Origin: Candidatus Bathyarchaeum sp.
GTDB taxonomy: Archaea > Thermoproteota > Bathyarchaeia > Bathyarchaeales > Bathyarchaeaceae
Assembly: GCA_026014495.1 (NCBI GenBank)
Contig: JAOZIF010000187.1
Coordinates: forward strand, 1 to 16,983
Length of the DNA stretch: 16,983 bases
Direction of reading: 5' to 3'
Positions 15,276 through 16,983 of the stretch are shown here, piece by piece. How positions within the stretch are numbered: position 1 is the first letter of the stretch; each line of letters starts with the position of its first letter. A model generated the notes under the pieces. That model had not been told where the DNA came from and did not search any database. It worked only from the letters and a program-made list of their open reading frames with translations. The position numbers were made by a program, and so were the translations under genes.

Positions 15276-15833
15276 ATGCCCGAGAAGATTGCAACTGAAC
15301 TGTTAGATAATTTTCTTGTAGTTTGGAATCCTGAAGAAGGCTCAAGGCTCTATAAGCTTGGGTATTATGGTAAGCCTATTGGTATTGCTAAACCAAAGAT
15401 TCCTGAGTTTGATGTTCCTTTGCTTCTTGACCTTATGGAGGGCGTTTATCTTGTTGAGGCTGGAAAAATCAGTGTCTATGGGGGACCTGAAAATAAGAGT
15501 GTTAGTTTTTCAAGGTTGCGAAGAAAAGCGCGTAGCCTGTATGAGAATTTTGATGCTAAATATGCTGTGTATCGTGACCTTCGGGGTCAGGCGCTTATTG
15601 TTACTCCTGGGATAAAGTTTGGTTGTGATTTTGCTGTTTATCAGCACGGTCCAGGCTTGGATCATGCACCGTACATGGTTTCTGTTCGTAAGGCTAAGGA
15701 TGAAATTACGGCAACGGATGTCGTGAATGCTGGACGATTGGCTACAACTGTGCGTAAGCGATTCATTTTAGCGATACCTGACCTAGAAGCTGAGGATATC
15801 CGCTATCTGATATTCAAGTGGTTTAAGGCTTAA
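15276..15833 (+). CDS. endA: tRNA-intron endonuclease, catalytic subunit
   Basis: L.L.L.EG.YL, VYRDLR, PGIKFGCDFAVY (catalytic Tyr), DHAPY (His) and GRLATTVRK (Lys). Confidence 0.96.
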   Translation: MPEKIATELLDNFLVVWNPEEGSRLYKLGYYGKPIGIAKPKIPEFDVPLLLDLMEGVYLVEAGKISVYGGPENKSVSFSRLRRKARSLYENFDAKYAVYRDLRGQALIVTPGIKFGCDFAVYQHGPGLDHAPYMVSVRKAKDEITATDVVNAGRLATTVRKRFILAIPDLEAEDIRYLIFKWFKA

Positions 15834-15837
15834 TCGT

Positions 15838-16344
15838 TTATCTTTGAAGTTTTTCTCTGATTTCAGGCAACGTTTCTTCTTGTAGTTTCTTGATTCCCAT
15901 TGTTGTTATTTGATAGTTGCCTTCGTCTGTTTTTGTTGCATAGCCTTCTCGACAAAGTTCTCCTAGTCGGGTGCTTGTTATTTTTGCGGTTTTTCCTAGC
16001 CCCGTTTGCAGCTCTTCTTTGGTGAGATAATCTTTTGTGTGCCCGAGCTTGTTTGCAATGTATGTGGCTAAAAGGTTCAGGGTTAGGGTTTCGCTGTCTG
16101 TTAGTTTGTGTTTTGAAACCAGTATAACTGGTCCTTCAGGGGCCACGGCAATTATGTTTTTGCAGTCTTCTATTAGATTCTCTATGTCTACCGTAAGCAG
16201 GGCTTTTTTTACTGTCTGAAGGGCGGGTATCATTTCACTAAAGAACTTGTTGACGCTGCTCCAGACCTGATTTACATCGCCAGTGAATGTCTGCTCAGTT
16301 TCTTGATATTTTATGTGAACTGTAACTGTCTGCTCTTGGGTCAC
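15838..16344 (-). CDS. Hypothetical protein with an N-terminal beta-hairpin/helix domain and C-terminal winged helix (paralog of 16341..16814)
   Basis: I moved the start to GTG 16344, which overlaps the upstream TGA (GTGA) and has SD GAGG. wHTH pattern: LTKEEL...ITSTRLGELCREGY....EGNYQITTMG. Confidence 0.85.
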   Translation of the reverse strand: MTQEQTVTVHIKYQETEQTFTGDVNQVWSSVNKFFSEMIPALQTVKKALLTVDIENLIEDCKNIIAVAPEGPVILVSKHKLTDSETLTLNLLATYIANKLGHTKDYLTKEELQTGLGKTAKITSTRLGELCREGYATKTDEGNYQITTMGIKKLQEETLPEIREKLQR

Positions 16345-16814
16345 GCTGTTGCGCCTCGAAGCTTCGCAAGCACTTCTTCTTCGACCCATCTTTCGCCTTG
16401 AGTGGTCAGTTTGAATTCGGGTCTTGCAGGGTCAGGTTTAAAAACAATTCCACGTTTTGTCATCTCATTAAGACGAGCGGGAACCATGGACCTAATTCCA
16501 CTTGAAGCTAGCAGTCGCTTGATTTGTGTGGCGGTGCTAGAGTTTTGCTCTGACGCAAAAAGAATTAGAGCAATAGATTCGTAGTGAGTAAGCTTTTCTC
16601 GGGTTGTAATTATTGGTCCCTCAGTTGTGAGCTCTATTACTCCATCTAACTGCGTTTTTATTGAAGGAGTCAAATTTGTTGAGATTAATCCGCCTACTTC
16701 GTTCACGAATTGGGGCGGCATAGTTTTTAGTGTTTTAAGTATTTCTTGGGCACTTTCTCCCTCAACAACAATTTCTCCAAAAGGCGCCTTAACTCTCACT
16801 CGAATCTTTCCCAT
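16341..16814 (-). CDS. Hypothetical protein with an N-terminal beta-hairpin/helix domain and C-terminal winged helix
   Basis: ATG with SD GGAGG. wHTH pattern: TATQIKRLL...VPARLNEMTKRGIV......FKLTTQGERWV. Confidence 0.88.
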   Translation of the reverse strand: MGKIRVRVKAPFGEIVVEGESAQEILKTLKTMPPQFVNEVGGLISTNLTPSIKTQLDGVIELTTEGPIITTREKLTHYESIALILFASEQNSSTATQIKRLLASSGIRSMVPARLNEMTKRGIVFKPDPARPEFKLTTQGERWVEEEVLAKLRGATA

Positions 16815-16969
16815 TTCCGCGTCGTCCTCCAGTTACAATAAACACATAACGTTATCAGTCTTCCAATGCTTTATCGTTTTTCCTAAATAACATATCAACC
16901 AAAACATTAACAATCAAAGCAATGCTGCAGTTTATTCACACTTCTGTGCGGCATATTAGGATACAAATA

Positions 16970-16983
16970 GAGGTACATTGTTG
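16970..16983 (+). other. Possible SD plus start of a divergent gene at the right edge
   Basis: GAGGT at 16970-16974 followed by TTG at 16978 and 16981. Nothing further is visible. Confidence 0.2.

Noticed and set aside
1327-16890. Short ORF-track entries overlapping real genes (1327, 2421, 2643, 3069, 4116, 4597, 4722, 5454, 6021, 9450, 10070, 12215, 12327, 12515, 13559, 13767, 14218, 14554, 15358, 16037, 16402, 16627)
   Set aside because: They are antisense or alternative-frame shadows of well-supported CDSs, with no motifs or credible SD sites.
14514-16983. tRNA gene or bulge-helix-bulge substrate near endA
   Set aside because: I found no cloverleaf, TpsiC (GTTCRA) arm in context or BHB motif by eye in the intergenic regions. 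tRNAscan-SE in archaeal mode would be the decisive check.
1-16983. Mobile element, prophage or defence island
   Set aside because: I recognised no transposase, integrase, terminal inverted repeats, or toxin-antitoxin or restriction motifs. The content is mostly housekeeping and metabolic.

Overview
This is a gene-dense archaeal window of roughly 40% GC by eye. It has archaeal BRE/TATA-like promoters, GGTGA/GAGG Shine-Dalgarno sites, an alpha2-type GlyRS, a tRNA-splicing endonuclease and an archaeal PGI/PMI. A TACK lineage such as Bathyarchaeia is my inference, not something I could verify. From left to right it contains: a small wHTH-like ORF, a YkgJ-type Cys-cluster protein, a hypothetical protein, a cupin, a core-only DEAD-box helicase with a candidate 21-aa leader peptide, and a small wHTH-like ORF. 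Next comes a convergent carbohydrate module (GT4 -> GalT-like -> <- wHTH <- GT4) with a recurring AACAT/ATGTTT motif in its intergenic DNA. After that are an LMW-PTP, an RDD protein, a single-pass hypothetical protein, a Wzx/MurJ-type flippase, PGI/PMI, glyS, a DUF47 protein, endA, and a translationally coupled pair of paralogous wHTH proteins. I saw no tRNA, rRNA, CRISPR array, transposase or integrase. The best leads are the two-GT4/GalT-like/wHTH module with its candidate operator motif, the paralogous wHTH pair, the helicase uORF with its switch-like 3' hairpins, and a GlyRS that appears to lack the large insertion-3 domain.
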